Notes: generated from the sequence alone by a model not told the origin. Shown: positions 22,383 through 36,830, counted from the whole stretch's first letter. The stretch is 53,930 bases of DNA, filler included, from Jimgerdemannia flammicorona (GCA_003990765.1; 2 parts of 2 records of this genome joined end to end with filler, not necessarily neighbours in it); one strand, 5' to 3'. Made by a program: numbers and translations.

Positions 22383-25300
22383 TGTTACGTGGCAGCTTAA
22401 TAGAGGCAGATTACAAGGTTGGGGCTGCTATGTAGATTGGCTTGAGCCCCCAGTTACCTTGTCAAAAGCAACAAAATGTTCTATAATTCCTGATGTCCTT
22501 GGTGTTTAGTGTATAATAGGCAAATCTGGATATCTGGGCGAGTTCTTCTGTTCATATGGCGGACGATTTGTATGCTTTCCTAATCGGGATAGTTCTTTAG
22601 TGTGTAGGCAATTTGGTAATTTCTGTGTAGCATGAGTGATTTCCTTATACATATATGTGGTTTCTGTGTGATGATCTCTGTGTAGCAGGTTCCTTATACA
22701 ATTTCTGCATGATGATCTGATGTTATGCAGGCGATTTGGCAGACTTCCTTATCAGGCAGTGAGTTGGCAATTTGGCAGGTGACACAGATTATTTGAAAAT
22801 AGCAGATAACTTGGTTGATGCAGATTCTTTGGATGACATCGATAACTTGGATGATGCGAATTCTTCCCGAATCAGTGGCCTTCTTGAATAAAGCAGACTT
22901 TTCTTCTTTGTATCAGAAAGTAGACCAGAGTAGGAATAGGGCAAAGTTTATAACTTCTTGGCAGTAGCTCATTGGCAGGCATATCTCCTAAGTGTTGTAA
23001 TCCTATTTCTTTAGGATCAAGTGGTTTTTGACAGATGTTTCTCCTAAGTATACCAAATAGTTGGCTTTTGCTTTTGAACTTTTCAGACTGAGGTTTATCT
23101 CTGGGGTATTTTATATAGTTGTGGTTACTATCTGGTTGCTATATAGCTAACTATAGAATGCATAGTAATACTATTTAAGAGAGAGAGTGACTGAGTATAT
23201 CTACTGAGTACAGGTATATCTAGTGAGTACAGATGTATCTAATGGATACAGATATATCTAATAAGTACAGGTATATCCTTAGAATATAGATTAATAAATC
23301 TGATTTAGTATCTTTGGCTAATTATAAGTATTAGTATATATGGATAACTAGGTATAGATAATTATGCTATACTGAGTATTTATATCATCTGGTTATACTA
23401 TATTATTCTCTTATTACATCAGTCTCTACTAAAGAGTAGTTTGTCTCTAGACTATTCTTTAGTTATTATTGTAGTATCTATAGATATCTTCAGTATCTAT
23501 ATCTGTATTATCATCTTTTTCAGTAACTGAATCACTTTATTTTAGTGACTCTTTCTCTTTTTTAGAGAACAGGACTTCAATGTAATTGATAATACTCAAG
23601 TAGATAGACATAGTCATTCTCTGTAAGTTATTTAGAGGGAACTGGGCCTAGGTCAGTCCTATAAAATTTTATTTGTAAATTGTATAAAGTTTGACTACAG
23701 CAATACTATTTCTTCAGAACAGACTAGTGGTATTATAAATATAGGTCTATTCTAGAGCTGGAAGGTTTTATAATAGTTAACTAATAGTATAGTTGGTCTG
23801 CAGTTGGTGAATCTACAGTAGGTGTTCTGTTAGAATAAGGTTTCCTTAGTATATCTAGATCTATTGAAAACAGATTCTATTAGTTTCTCAGAACTGAGGC
23901 AAGAGAACTAGTAGGACTTAAAAGGAGCTGAGAATAAGGGTCTAGAGGTACTGTTTAATCCTCTAGTTCATTATATGAATAATAGATATATCTTAAGGTA
24001 ATTAATATAGACTAGAGTCCTTAGAATATATCTATTTATACTTCTTAAATAGATATCAATTTCTTTAATATCATATATAAGATAAGATCCTTCTCATTTG
24101 GGCTCCAGTTTGGTGACAAAGTTTATTTTAATTATACTTCTCCAAACTAGTACTTGATCTCTAATCTTAATCTTCTAATCTTCTACTTTTAGTTATAGTA
24201 CTTCTTTTGTCTATTCTAGGTCTTGATTATCTGAGCTCAGACTTGATGATATAATTGTTCTGTCTTTTTATAAAGATCTTTAAGATTCTTATAATCAGTA
24301 GTTCTGATCTTCTTAGTAAACATTATCTCAAATGGCATTTGTTTGGAAAAGATAGTAAGGGTGTTTTAAATTTTCCATAGGATTTTAGATAAGCAAAGGT
24401 CTTAGTTAATATAATTCACTTAGGTAAGTTCTTTTTTAATAGTCTGATTCATTCATTCTATTATACATACCATTGGTTTGAGAGTAATATAATATAGTTT
24501 ATTTGAGACAAATCTTGTAAATTTAGATATAACTTATAATTATATTATTAGAGATCTTCTTTTAGAGTATAGCTTCTTGATACATCATTTTTCTAGTTTA
24601 TTGGAGTTGGTAAAAAAGTATATCAACATTGTTGTAAGCTTTCTCTGCTTTATAAATAATAGTGATTTTATAATCTTATAGGATAAGGATCTAGTAGATA
24701 AGAATTTCAGTAGATTTCTTATAGAGCAGTATGATTAATTATTATAGTAAATCTTTTTTCAGATAGTGTTTGATCAGAGTGACTATCTATATAACTGTAA
24801 GATATTCTAATTTAGTACTGCCATAATTAGCTTATTGTTAGTTAGTAGCATAGCTTGTATAAGCTATTATGTAATACTATTAATTAGATTCTTTTAGGAG
24901 TAGAACTGGTTTAAGGCTATCTTTAGAGATATATATAGTTATGAATATAATTCAAACTTCAGCAAAGTGGCTAAGAGCCGCTTAACATTACGTGGAACAA
25001 TCATGCAATTTCCCCTTGGCGGACTTAGTTTAGCTCATTTCATGCAGTTTCTTATCCCTTTCTATGCCAAAGATAACTTAGCTAGTGGTGTTTTAAAAAT
25101 ATGCCAACCATTAATGCGAGTTAGTAACAATGTAATCAGTCTAGTGACTGAGTATTCATTGCATCTCAGCTAGTCAGGCATATACTATGCCAAGTTGCAA
25201 TTAGTCACTAGTATTTACAATCAGTTCGCATAACCCTCTCACCCATCCCCTTTTAGTAGTATATAATAAAAGAAGGCCCCCTTCACTAATGTGAATGGTG

Positions 25301-26690
25301 GGCCTTGGAGGCATATGCTTCCATATAGCCAAACCTACCCCGCTTCATCCCCTATACACATTCTACATTTTACACTTCATAATCCCCCCTTTTCTACTTC
25401 GTTGAATTGGTCACTCAATAGACACTTTGCTATATATAAGATAAATAGTTTCTATAAATTAGATTACATATGAATTAGTGCTGTAGTTATATAGTGCTTG
25501 AGTTCTCTGAAGGCTAGTTCTTATAGTTTCATCTATTTGTATGATACTTCTTCTTGAAAAGAGATTGAATTAAAGTAGTGATTTAGATAAAGTTCTTAAT
25601 AAATCTTTTATAATAGAATACTAATATTAGAAATGATAGTATTTCTTTCTAGATCTTGAGTACTGATCAGTTATTGATCTTCTTAGTTTTCTATGAGTCT
25701 GTATGAGTTCTTTTTTTAAAAACTATACATTTAAGAAATTTGAGTTTCTGTTTTCTAAAGTAACATTTCTTGGTATTGAGTCTCAGATAGTTCATGTGAG
25801 TGAGCTAGAAGAATTCTTTTAAATAGTATAGGTGTTCTTTGAAATCTTCTGAATAGATATTGGAGTTATCTATATATATAATCAGATAATAGTAGATCAG
25901 CAAGTCATAGACTGAGTTCATCATTTTCTGGACAATTGGGGGTAGATTGTAGAGTCTAAAGAGCATTCAGAGGTATTTAAACAGTTTTTTCAGAGTAAGA
26001 AAAGCTGTTTTCTGAAATTTCTTAGAGTTTATAAAGATCTCATGAAATTTTGCAAAATAATTCATACTACTGAAATATCTAATACTAAGTTGACTTTCTG
26101 TAGTCTATATAGAGTTTCCATCCTTCTTTCTTAGGTATAATAATATAGAACTGATCTAGGAGTTAGTAGAGGATTAGATAACTCTATTGTTAAGAGTTTC
26201 TAAATATAGTCTTTCTTAAATATCTTTTAGTGATGAGGTATTCCATAAGGCTTCTGTCAGATGGGTGTTATATTTTCTGTATTTATGCTGTAGTAATATG
26301 ATAGATTATATGGTAGGTTGTTATAGTTTGCAGTAAAGATGTTCTGAAATTTTGAAGGAGTTCTACTAGTTACTGCTATTGCTGAGATATCAATTCTTCT
26401 CTAATGTTGATAGAAGGCTTTACTTTCTCCTAAATTACAAAAAGGTATTTCTTTTCTTCTGAGATCTTCTACTATTTTCTGATAGGTTTAGATTATAAAC
26501 TTCTCTATATATCTGATTGAGATAAATACTAGATAACTTATGATGATTCCTTTTGATAGAATGAGGCTGTTCCAGCTTTTGTTGATTGCTTGAAAGTATA
26601 TAGAGTTCATCTTATTAGAAAATATATATTGTAATGGTGACCTCAGAATGATAAAATCAGCATAAGAGACAGCAATTCCTTGCAAGCCAC
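22383..26690 (-). mobile_element. Old degenerate Ty3/Gypsy element (terminal LTR-like region plus IN/RH/RT remnants), 5' part missing
   Basis: Begins TGTTAC. Minus-strand RT remnants at ~25700-26250 (KTAF ~26005, degenerate MPFGL ~25960, YID ~25872). CpG-free and stop-riddled. Short internal tandem repeats at 22610-22900 and 23195-23280. Confidence 0.7.
24951..25405. other. Compositionally distinct insert inside the old Gypsy
   Basis: Retains CpGs and is less TpA-rich than its flanks. Bounded by TTCAA...TTGAA. Contains a hairpin AAGGCCC..TTCAC-TAAT-GTGAA..GGGCCTT at 25273-25306. Confidence 0.4.
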
Positions 26691-26897
26691 CAGATCAGAG
26701 TATAAGAAGATTATATTGCATAACTCATCCAGGCTACAAGATGAGTAATGATGACCAACTATAAGTCATTGTGACTACAGTACTAGCATCTTGAGGAATA
26801 TAAAAGAAGGATCAAGGAACCACAGTAGCAGCAACTCAACAAGACCCACTAATTCCAAAATAGCTCAAAGACTTATTATAAAAAAAATGCCTACTCC

Positions 26898-29800
26898 TTT
26901 TTTTTTTTTTTTTTTTNNNNNNNNNNNNNNNNNNNNNNNNNNNNNNNNNNNNNNNNNNNNTTAATTAATTAANNNNNNNNNNNNNNNNNNNNNNNNNNNN
27001 NNNNNNNNNNNNNNNNCCCCCCCTACCCCTACCCAACAAAAGGCTACTTTGTCTAGCACTATTTCTACCCTTCCACCACTCTGTTTACAGATCCTTATCA
27101 CCAAACCACAATGCCACTCCCCCTGAGGACCCCACCTCACCCACCATCCAGTCAGCAGATCCCCCAACAACTCCTCCCATCATAATACCTTCTCCTGTAG
27201 CCCCACCTACTGCCTCTCCTCAAATACAAAAAGCCAATATCCAGCCAGTCCCACCTACACTGCTAACACCCACTAACTGAGATCTCAAGTCCTCCCTCAC
27301 CCACTGGCCTATGCTCCACACCCAGTCTATTCCCAATTTCTATCCAAAAGTTCCCCAAAACCTCACATTCTCCCAGCCAGTATTCCAGCATCTGCACAAG
27401 TCCCCCAGCTTGCCCTACATTGTAACACTCCTCACAATCTAATTGGCCACCATCCACCAGATGCCCAGTGTAGTAATTTAGCATGATATTCCTCTACAGT
27501 ATTCACCACCATACCATCCAGAACTTGGGAGGAAGCCATCTCTATACCTCAGCACTTCATGACCAGATACCTGCCCAGTCCCACTCCTTGCCAATCCCTG
27601 CTGCCTGCCAGCTACTTGGCCAAAGATCCTGGCCAAGACCCTGCTGATACTCCACTCTATCTCCAATATCAAACTCAGCAAGTAAAGCACCCCCCAGAAG
27701 TAGTCTATTCCATCGCTACATCTCAGGACCCCACATCACCTCCCCCTCATTGTCTCACTAGCACAGGCCAATTTGGTGTGCTCCATCTACCACCCCCCAC
27801 CAAAATTCTTTAAACTGCAGCCACTGATTTCCATTCAGCCTCACCAAAGAGAGCAGATCTTCTGAGGACCCTCAAGGGGAGGTTCTCATCTCCCACACCT
27901 TCTGCAGTAGTAGCACCCAACCCCCTCCCTGTAGTTCAGCAGCTCTCTTCAACCACCAGGCTCGCAAACAGTGCAACTTCTTAGGGAAATCCACAAGGCC
28001 AAGACCTCCCCTGACCACTGGTGTTGCCAGAGTATCCCAACTGATCTGGGACCTCCTCCCTGCCCAAATCCAATCTCTAGCCACCTTCGTCAGCCTCTTC
28101 ACCACCCAAGCTGGGAAGTCTAGGTGATAGGTCACATACTATAGCTTGGGGAACCAGTAGATATTCAGAATTGATACCTGCTCTGTCAGAGATATATGGC
28201 GGCCTCCCCAACCTCGAAGGGCCTCCCCCCAAATGGTCACCCTACTCTCCCACCACACCTGTGGTAAGACAGAACTATATACAGAAAGGAAGATGCCCAG
28301 ATACCACACTACCTTGCTAGTAGGGACAATTGTTCCAATGATGTCTCCCCCACTAGTCTATTCCCTAGCACCATTGTCTCACACTTATGCTAGTTGAGCT
28401 TTGCCCCAGAGTGAGCCTCATACCATTCCACTGTCCCCTTAAGTGCCTCGACATCTGCCACTGACCCAAGTCTAACCACCATGTCATCAGCAAAGGCCCC
28501 CACCTTCCACACTATACTATATATAGAGAGCCTTGCTATCTTCTGGCAAATTCTATCCATCAAAGGCTCTAATGAAAGGGTATAGAGAATAGGGGACAGA
28601 GGGTCCTCCTGAGGAACTCCTCTTCCCAAGGAAAATGCCAGACCTCAGTGACCATTATACATTAGTGCCTCCTGACTGCTCTCTAGTAGACTCAATATAG
28701 AAGCCCAAAATCTTAGGGAAACACCAAGTCGATCCAACACCTTGCCCAGCCAAACCCGCCATACATGGTCATAGGCCTTCTCCTGGTCCAAAAAGACCAA
28801 CCTTCCATCTAGTCCACAAGCCTGGGCCCCTTCAATGACACCATGCACCCATGCAGTCTCATCTCTTATAAGTCTGCCCCCAACAAAGCCCCACTGCTCC
28901 TCCCCCAGTACCTGTTGGGCAACTTTCTGCAGCCTTGTGACAATCATCTTAGTCACCATCTTCCTGTCCATATCCAGAAGTATGATTGGTCTCCAATTCT
29001 TCCAGTCTTCTCTCCTCCCCTTATCTTTGTACAATAAGGCCACCAGCCCAAGGTCCTGCTCTCCAACCCACTCACCACTCTGAAGAACATTGTCACAGAG
29101 AGCAGCCATCTCCCCCAAAACTCCAGGGACCTTTACCATCTTCTTTCAGAAGTCCCACAGTAACCCATCCTCCCCTGGCGCCATTCCTAGCTTAGTTGCT
29201 GCAAGGACACTCTGGATCTCCTCTTCTTGCACCAGTAAGATCAAGTCACCCAGTCCTGCTACTTGCAGCAGCTCCCACTCCTCTAGTGTATCTTCAATCA
29301 CCTCCTCATCAGCACCCCCTTCCCCCTCACTCCATAAACCCTGCCATCTCTTCTTCAAAACCCCTAAGATTTGTTGTATACTATGCACCATATCCCCCTC
29401 GGCATCTAAGACCCCATCCCACTGATGTCGTACCCTCCTAGCTTTGAGAAGTCTTGACAAGTATCTAGTAGGCCACTCACCCTCCTCAAGCCCCTGCCAC
29501 CATAGCCTGGCAGCCATTCCTTGCATATGAGTCTCCTCCTCCTCTCACAATACCTGTTGCAGTTCCACTATCTCCAATTTCGCCCACTTTAACCTCCAAT
29601 CCTCTACCCCATCAGAAGTAAGCAAATCTACCCAAATCATTTGCAGCTCTTCAGCCTGCTGGAAGCACACCTTGTACACTTCCTCCTCTGTCTCCCAGCT
29701 TCTCTACCAGCTCCTCCCCAATAAACCCTCACAGCCTCTTTCAATCTCATCCAACAGACACCCACAGACAAACCCTCATATCTCCAGGTAGACACCTTCA

Positions 29801-32744
29801 TCTGAATGTCTGCTGCCCATGAGTCCCACAACCCCTTCTCAGCCAGCAGAGAGGAGTTAAGGTACCAATGTACAGGTCCATCTCCACTCCCCCCAAACTG
29901 CCCCTGCCCCAAAAGTCCCCAGTGATCAGACCATGGGCACCACTCCACCTCTAATGACTTCCAAACATCAGAACCCCAACACTCAGCTATCAGAATCCAG
30001 TCAATTCTTATACCTAAGCTATTCACCCAATGTGTGTAGACCCTGGTGCTGCCCCACTACATTCTGCCCATATCCCCTAAGGAGCTCAAATTCTCCACCT
30101 CCTTCCATGCATCCAGGCCTCCTCTTCTCCCCCCTGCATTTCTCCCTCCATCAGTTCTGTCTAGATGCTGATCCTGGACCATATTAAAGTCCCCACCAAG
30201 AACATCAACCCCTTCCTCCAAGAGAATACCCTCCTCCAGCAGCTCCTTAATCCACATGGTCCTCTTGCCCCTAACTGCTGGGCAATAGCAAGAGCCAACC
30301 CTCACCGACTCCCACCCTGGCTGATGCCAATCTCCCCAGACCAAGCGATCACTCCAGCTCCTGATTTCCCCCAAGTCTCCCCTACCCTTTCTTATCAGAA
30401 TCGCCACTTTTCCAAACCAAGCAGTAGCCCCACCCCATTCCCTAGTCCACTCTATCTGATCATCCTCATCCTCACACTATACATCCTGTAGTAAAAAGAG
30501 ATCAGCCTCCAATCCCTTGAGCTAAGTAAAAATGTTCTTACACCACCCAGCTCCCCTTAACCTATTCACATTCAAAGAGAAAATATTGGTTGTACTGTTC
30601 ATAAGAAATAATGTTATATAGTGATCCCATCCTCTACAAGTCCGCATTTGGCTCCTCCTGCACTAAGTCCAAGTTATGTTCAGCAGCTAGTTCTCTTTCT
30701 CCAGCTTCCCATGCCTCCAACCCTCCCAGAAGTTCCACCATCACTCCATTTTCTCTCTCTTCAAAGTCCTCATGATACTCCAGACAGGCCTCCTGCCAGA
30801 GCTGCAACCCATGATGCTCTGCCCAACAGTAGGTAGCCTGCTCACCAGCAACAACCCCCAGCTCTGCCTTCCTCACCTCATAAACCTCATATCCCTCCTC
30901 CTCCAGGAAGATTGCAAGAATCTCCACCTTCAGTGCCTCCACTACTCCATCTCTACACAGAACCTACACCCAATGCTCCTCAGGTATTACATGTAGGTCC
31001 ACTTCTCCCAATGCCTCAGCTGCTAGATTATCCATCACCTTGCTCATCCACAGCAGATTCCCCACCTCCTTCCCTCCCAGAGTCCCAGGCTGCCCTGTAT
31101 CCAACATTGTGGTATCAGCTCCCACACTGGCAGTCTCATCCTACTCCTCCTCTGGGACATCCACCAGCTCATCCTCACCAACTGCCACCACCTGGCCCCC
31201 TTTTGCCACATCAGGGACCCCAAAGTATACTCGTGGGGCCCTCTGTATCAGCACATCCTCTGCCACCTCTCTCTTCACCATCGGGCCCCTCCTGATAAGA
31301 GGGGGGGGGGTGGTATCCAACTGCTGCTCCCAGACCTCAAACATACCATCTGTATAGGGGTCCTTGTTTGGCACCTTCCCAGCCTCTTCCTTGTTCACCT
31401 CTACCTCCCCTCCTCCTTTATTAGCCCAGACACTAGCTTCAATGCCCCCAGACTCTACAGCCCTATCCACCTTCTTCTTAGCCTCTCCTCTCATACTCAC
31501 CAATAGCTCTCTCTGCCTCATGTGCCCCTGGGCCCACTCCCACTGCTTCTTGTCAGTTCAAATCTGCTTTCCATCTATAACCTCCAGATGCATTGACTCC
31601 TCATACAATTTCCAGGCCTTTGCCCTCCTCTCAACAGCTCCACTCAACTCCTCCAGAGCCTCCAGCAAGTTCTCTTCCTCCTCTTCATTCCCTCTCACCC
31701 TTGACACCTTATAGACAAAAGCCCCCCACATCAATACCAAGGGCCAGTCACTTGTCTTCCCTGTGGCCTCTCTTCCTGCCAGTCAAATCCTCACATCCAT
31801 GTCATTAGTCCTAATAGATATTCCCTTCCACACCTGGAAACTGACATCTACCACATCACCATACTCTGCCATCACCTCTTCCACCCTCCTCCTAGTCTCC
31901 TTCTTCATTACTATAGACACCCTCTTCACTAATAGCTGCACCACCCTGGGGTCCCATCACAGGCATCACATCATGGAGACTGCCACCTCCCCAACTGCCA
32001 CTCCATTCTTCAGAGCCTCTTCCAGTAGGCCCACCTCCTTAAAGCCCACCTTGACCCCCTCCAGGCCCTTTAGGAACTTCACCAAGACAGCTCCAGCCAC
32101 CTGCTTCAAGATGAGCCCCAAGATCATCCTCACCATTACTACCAAGCCTCAGAAGCATAGAGTCACTGCAAACTCCAAGATCGATTTCTTGAGTAACAGT
32201 GCCAACACTAGCCCTGTTACACCATCAGCTAGATCTCCCTTCTGCATCAGAAACCCCTGCCCCACACCTCCATCAACTGTCATATCTCTTTTTTTTTCCT
32301 GATTGCCTGTCACACTGCCATCAGCAGTCCCACCCCCAGCCACAGCCCCTCCAGCACCTATGCTCACATCCCCCACCTGAGTACCTCTCCCCCTCTCTAG
32401 GCTCTCCTTGTCTTTACCCACTGCAATACTAGCCCTAGATCCCGCTGGCCACCCACTCCCCTTCACCTTATCTACAAAACTTGGGGGGCCCAGCCTCCTC
32501 CCAATGCCTCCAGACACCAGTCTATCTCTCAAGCTCTTGCCACTCTTCAATCCTCCAAAGGTCCCCATCCCCAGGCCATAACCCCTCCTGACATTCTGCC
32601 AGCCAAAAGCCCCAGGTCCACCTGACCCAGCATGCTCATCAGAACACTTGCTCAATGACATTTTTATAATACCTTATCTCCAAATTGTGTCGAAAAACCA
32701 TTGCTTAAGATTGGTGTAACATGAATTGTATAGGAGAAAGATGT
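26898..32744 (-). mobile_element. Non-LTR retrotransposon (L1/Tx1-like LINE), copy 1, degenerate
   Basis: ORF1 ~32661-30634. ORF2 starts at 30602 (MNSTTNIFSLNVN; APE motifs GGDFN, RIDW, SDH); RT NWRPIILL, LDQEKAYD, GVPQEDPLSP, AFADD; GGLGL; C-terminal CEEC. The poly-T at 26898-26916 is probably its tail but lies across the gap. Confidence 0.9.
26917..27016. other. Scaffold gap: 44 N + TTAATTAATTAA linker + 44 N (assembly artefact)
   Basis: A symmetric 100-nt spacer with a six-frame-stop palindrome at 26961-26972. Confidence 0.95.
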
Positions 32745-35700
32745 ATGGAGTATATCCTCTACACTTATTGATTTCAAGATTGAGTTGATATCTCAACCTA
32801 AGTCCTTTCTCAAACTTATTGTAGATATTCAGGATTTTCCATATTTCAGAAAGTTCAAGAAACTAAGACCAGCTTAGTTGAATCAGTTTGTTACTACAGA
32901 CAATATTTAATTAAGAAATTTCAGGATCTGGTTAGGAGTGAGACCTAATGTAGTACAGATTTACTTAAGAGTAGTTTGTAGATTATTAAATAGGTTCATT
33001 CACTATTCATGATATTACTATTTACTAATACTAAGAGTAGTGTGTAAAGGGATATTTGTGTGTAACTTTCTCTGATATAATTTGCATTATACAAAACTTC
33101 AGGCAATACTTTTCAACACAACTTAGAGAAAAGGTATTAGGAAAATATATATCATCAAGTAAGAGTTCTGATGAGTATACTAGGTCAGGTAGACCTGGGG
33201 CATTTAGCTAACAATATGTGAGATGGGGTTATGGCCTGGGAATGAGCTTGTTTGGAGAAATGACAGGGGGAGAGTGCTCTGGAGGGTGACCAGGGTCTAG
33301 TGGAAATGGGGAAGGATCTGGGCCCCCAAGATTTGCTGACAAGGTGAAGGAGAGTAGATAGCTGGCAGGTGCTTAAGCTGGCAGAGCTAAGGGAAAAGGT
33401 AAGGCTAGCTTGGAGAGGGCTGGAGGCTCTCTGCTGAGGGGAGTGTGATGGGGAATCAGAAAAAAAAAAGAGATATAATAGTTGATGATAGTACTATACA
33501 GGAGGACAGATAGAGGCAAGAAGACCTGACTGATGGTGTAACAGGCCTAGTAGTGGCCCTATTACTCAAGAAGTCTATCTCAGAGTTTGCAGTCATATTG
33601 TGCTTCTGGGGCTTAGCAGTAATAGCAAGGATGGTCCTGAGGATGATCTTGAAGCAGATGGCTGGAGCAGTCTCAGTGAAGTTTCTGAAGGGGCTTGAGG
33701 GGGTAGAGGTGGGCTTTGAGGAGGCTACTCTCTTAGAGGAGGTAATTAAGACAGAGTTGACCATAGAAGAGATTGTAGTTTCAATGGTCTGCTGTTTGAG
33801 GTGGGACTCCAGAGTAGTTTAGTTACTAGTAAAGGAAGTGCTTATGGTGATGATGGTCAAGATGAGGAGGAGGGTGAAGGAGATTATGACAGAGTTTGGT
33901 AAGATAGTTGATATTAGCTTTGAGGTCTGGGAGGGGACCTCATTCAGGACAGGAGATGTGGATATCAGGCTCAGGTTGGCTGGGAGAGAGGCTACAGAGA
34001 AGCTAAGAGACTGGCCCTCAGTGCTGATGTGAGGGGCATTTATGTATAAGGTGACAAGAGTGAAAAAGAGTATAGAGGAGGAGGAGGAGAAGGATCTGGT
34101 GGAGATGCTGGAGGAGCTCAGTGGAGTAGTGGAGTACCAGACCAAGATATGGCAGATATATGTAGATTCAACTTACTTGGAAGTGGTGGATGAAAAGTAT
34201 ATCAGGGTGGATAAGGAGCAGTGGGAGAGAGTACAGGAGTAGAAGCAGCAGAGGGAGTTGCTGGCTAGCTTGAAGGAGAAGATAAAGGAGAAGGTAGCAC
34301 CCAGCTCTGAGAGTACTATAGGGGGTGTGTGGGAGAGTATCTGGGCAGATGTTGAGGTAGATAGGAGCATGAAGATTATGGATGAGAGCCAGGAGGTAAG
34401 GAACTAGGCTCTCTATGATGATAGCATGCTGGAGATATGAGAGGAGAGTAAGAATTTGAGGAGGAGGTCTGGAGTTGCACAGCCAAAGGCTGGGGAGAAT
34501 ATAGAGATGATAGGGACTCAACACATTTGGTTTGGAGTACCTGAGATAGTGAGTAGAGGGTAGGTGATTGAGGTTGAGGAGGATGAGCAGGTAGATATTC
34601 CTGAGAAGGAGTGGGATGAGTCTGTAAGTGTAGAGGTAGACATGGTAATACTGGGGGCTGGCTGACTAGTAACTCCTAGGGGTAAAGAGATTAGAGACTT
34701 ATAGTAGATATGCTGGGTAACGAACAACTTAGTGGCTGAGAAGTTAGGAGATGTGAATTTGTAAGTCATCAGTAAGAAGTACTGAGAGAGGGTGCTGTAA
34801 GAGGAGGGTATTGTGGAGGCCTTAGTGATAGAGGTATTGGCAGTTTTTCTGAATGAGAAGGGCTATGAGGTGGATGAGGCAAGGGAGGCTGGGATGGTGG
34901 TGACTGCTAGAGAGAGGACAGTCTGTTGGTAGAAACAGAGGCATAGGCTAGAGATCTGGCAGGAGGCTTGCATAGAGTACCAAGAGAAGATAGAGCTGAA
35001 GGATGATATAGTAATGAACAAACTTCTAGTTAAACTAGAGGCTAAGTTGGTTGAGGGAAAGGAGACTACTGTAGAATATAGATTAAACTTGGCTATAGAG
35101 GAGAGGAATATGGAGTTATGAAGAGACTATGTCTATTTTAACATTAATTTCTATGAACAGTATAACTAACATATTTTCATTGAATATGAATGACTTGAGA
35201 GATACTTAGAGATAATGTAATATTTTTACTTGGCTAAAGAGATTAGAAGCTGATCTTTTTCTTCTGTAGGATATATAATGTAAGAAGAATCTGGATCAAC
35301 AGGAGTGTATGAGAGAATGAGAAGGGGCAGCAGTATAGATGAGCAAAGTCAGGATACTGGGGTGGAAAGGGTGAGGTGAAATATGTGACTACAGGAATTG
35401 AGAGGATCAACTGGTTTGAGGGAAATGGCATCAGCCAGAATAAGAACCAATGGTGGTTGGATCTTACTACTATCCTGCTGTCAGGAACAAGTATGTGGAG
35501 TAGATTGTGGGTCTTCTGGATAGTAAAGTACTTGCAGAGACTAGAGTGGATATGCTGGGGAGAGACTTCAATATGGTGCAGTCAATGTAGGTAGATAGAA
35601 CTGATAGAGAAAGGAATGTTGGGGGCAGGAGGGGTGGTCTAGAAGGTTGGAAGGAAGTGGAGTATCTTGGATCCTTGGTGGATGCTGGTCAAGTTAAGTG

Positions 35701-36484
35701 AGGAGATAGGAGAGTCACACCTATTGGGTGGGTGGTCTTGGAACTAGGATAGACTGAGTGCTGACCACTGACTATTGGGGCCTAGATATCTGGAAGTTCC
35801 TGGAGGTTGAGTGGTGTCTATAGTCAGACTACTGGAAATTGTTAGAGTGTGGTTAGTTTGGAGAAAGTGGGGATGAGCCTGGACATTAGTGTCTCAATTC
35901 CTCCTTATTAGCTGAGAAGGGGTTGTGGGATACTTGGGCTGAGAACATTGGGCAGAAAGTAGATAGTTGGGTTTGGAAGCACCTCTGTAGATATTTGGTA
36001 AGTGAGGTTAAAGGAGGAGGTCACTAGGATTTACTAGAGTGAAGCCAGTAAGATGGCTGGAAGACAGTAGTAGAGGAGGGTGGCCTGGGCATCTACTAGA
36101 TTAGTCTGGTTTCAGGAGAAGTGGGTGGATCTTTTGACCTTGGAGGGGATTGAGGATTGAAGGCTGCTGTAAGTAAGACTGAAGATTGCTGAGCTATAAC
36201 AGGTATTGAAGGAGGAGGAGGAGACCCATGTATGAGAAATAGCTACATAGCTGTGCTGGTAGAAACTGGAGAAGGGGAAGAGGCCCTCTAAGTACCTTTC
36301 AAAACTTCTGCAGATAAGAAAAGTGAGGCAGTGGTGGGAGGGGGTACTGGGCTCTAATGGGCTATTGGTATATAGCTTATAAAACATTTTGAGTTTACTG
36401 AAAAAGAGATAGAGTAGTTTATGGAGTAAGAAGGAGAGTGGAGCCAATTAGTACATCACAACCTGAGCCGACCTGTGTACATAT

Positions 36485-36830
36485 TTAATCCAACCTGGAA
36501 TTATACATCACCTGTCTTTAACCTGACCTAGAATTATACATCACCCATCTTTAACCCAACCCAGAATAATATGTCACCCATCTTTAACCTGATCTGGAAT
36601 AATATGTCACCTGTCTTTAACCCAACTCAGAATTATATATTACCCATCTTTAACCCAATCTGGAAATGTACATCACCCATCTTTAACCCAACCCGGAATT
36701 ATACATAACTCATCTTTAACCCAATCCAAGAAATATACATGATCTGACCTGAGAAATATATGTGACCCAACCCAAGAAATATATGTGACCTGAACCTGAC
36801 TCATATTTAACCCAACACAGACCCATCTTT
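36485..36830 (+). repeat. Left subterminal array of ~39-bp repeats (TTAACCCAACCCGGAATTATACATCACCCATCT-like)
   Basis: About 7 degenerate tandem units, mirrored at the right end of the element. Confidence 0.85.

Noticed and set aside
26961..26972. Perfect palindrome TTAATTAATTAA
   Set aside because: It is centred in an N-run and is an artificial six-frame-stop scaffolding linker.
32050..32230. Hydrophobic stretch in LINE ORF1 (LVLALLLKKSILEFAVTLCFWGL) as a transmembrane or env-like segment
   Set aside because: CpG decay converts Arg/Pro/Ser/Thr codons to Cys/Trp/Leu/Met and inflates hydrophobicity. It cannot be supported without a consensus.
26891..32752. Possible target-site duplications for the LINEs (including TACTCC / GGAGTA flanking copy 1)
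   Set aside because: The match is inverted, only 6 bp long and spans a gap. No convincing direct TSD was found for any LINE.
36485..36830. Regularly spaced ~39-bp repeats resembling a CRISPR array
   Set aside because: There are no unique spacers or cas genes, the context is eukaryotic, and the array is mirrored at the other end of a hAT element. These are subterminal repeats.
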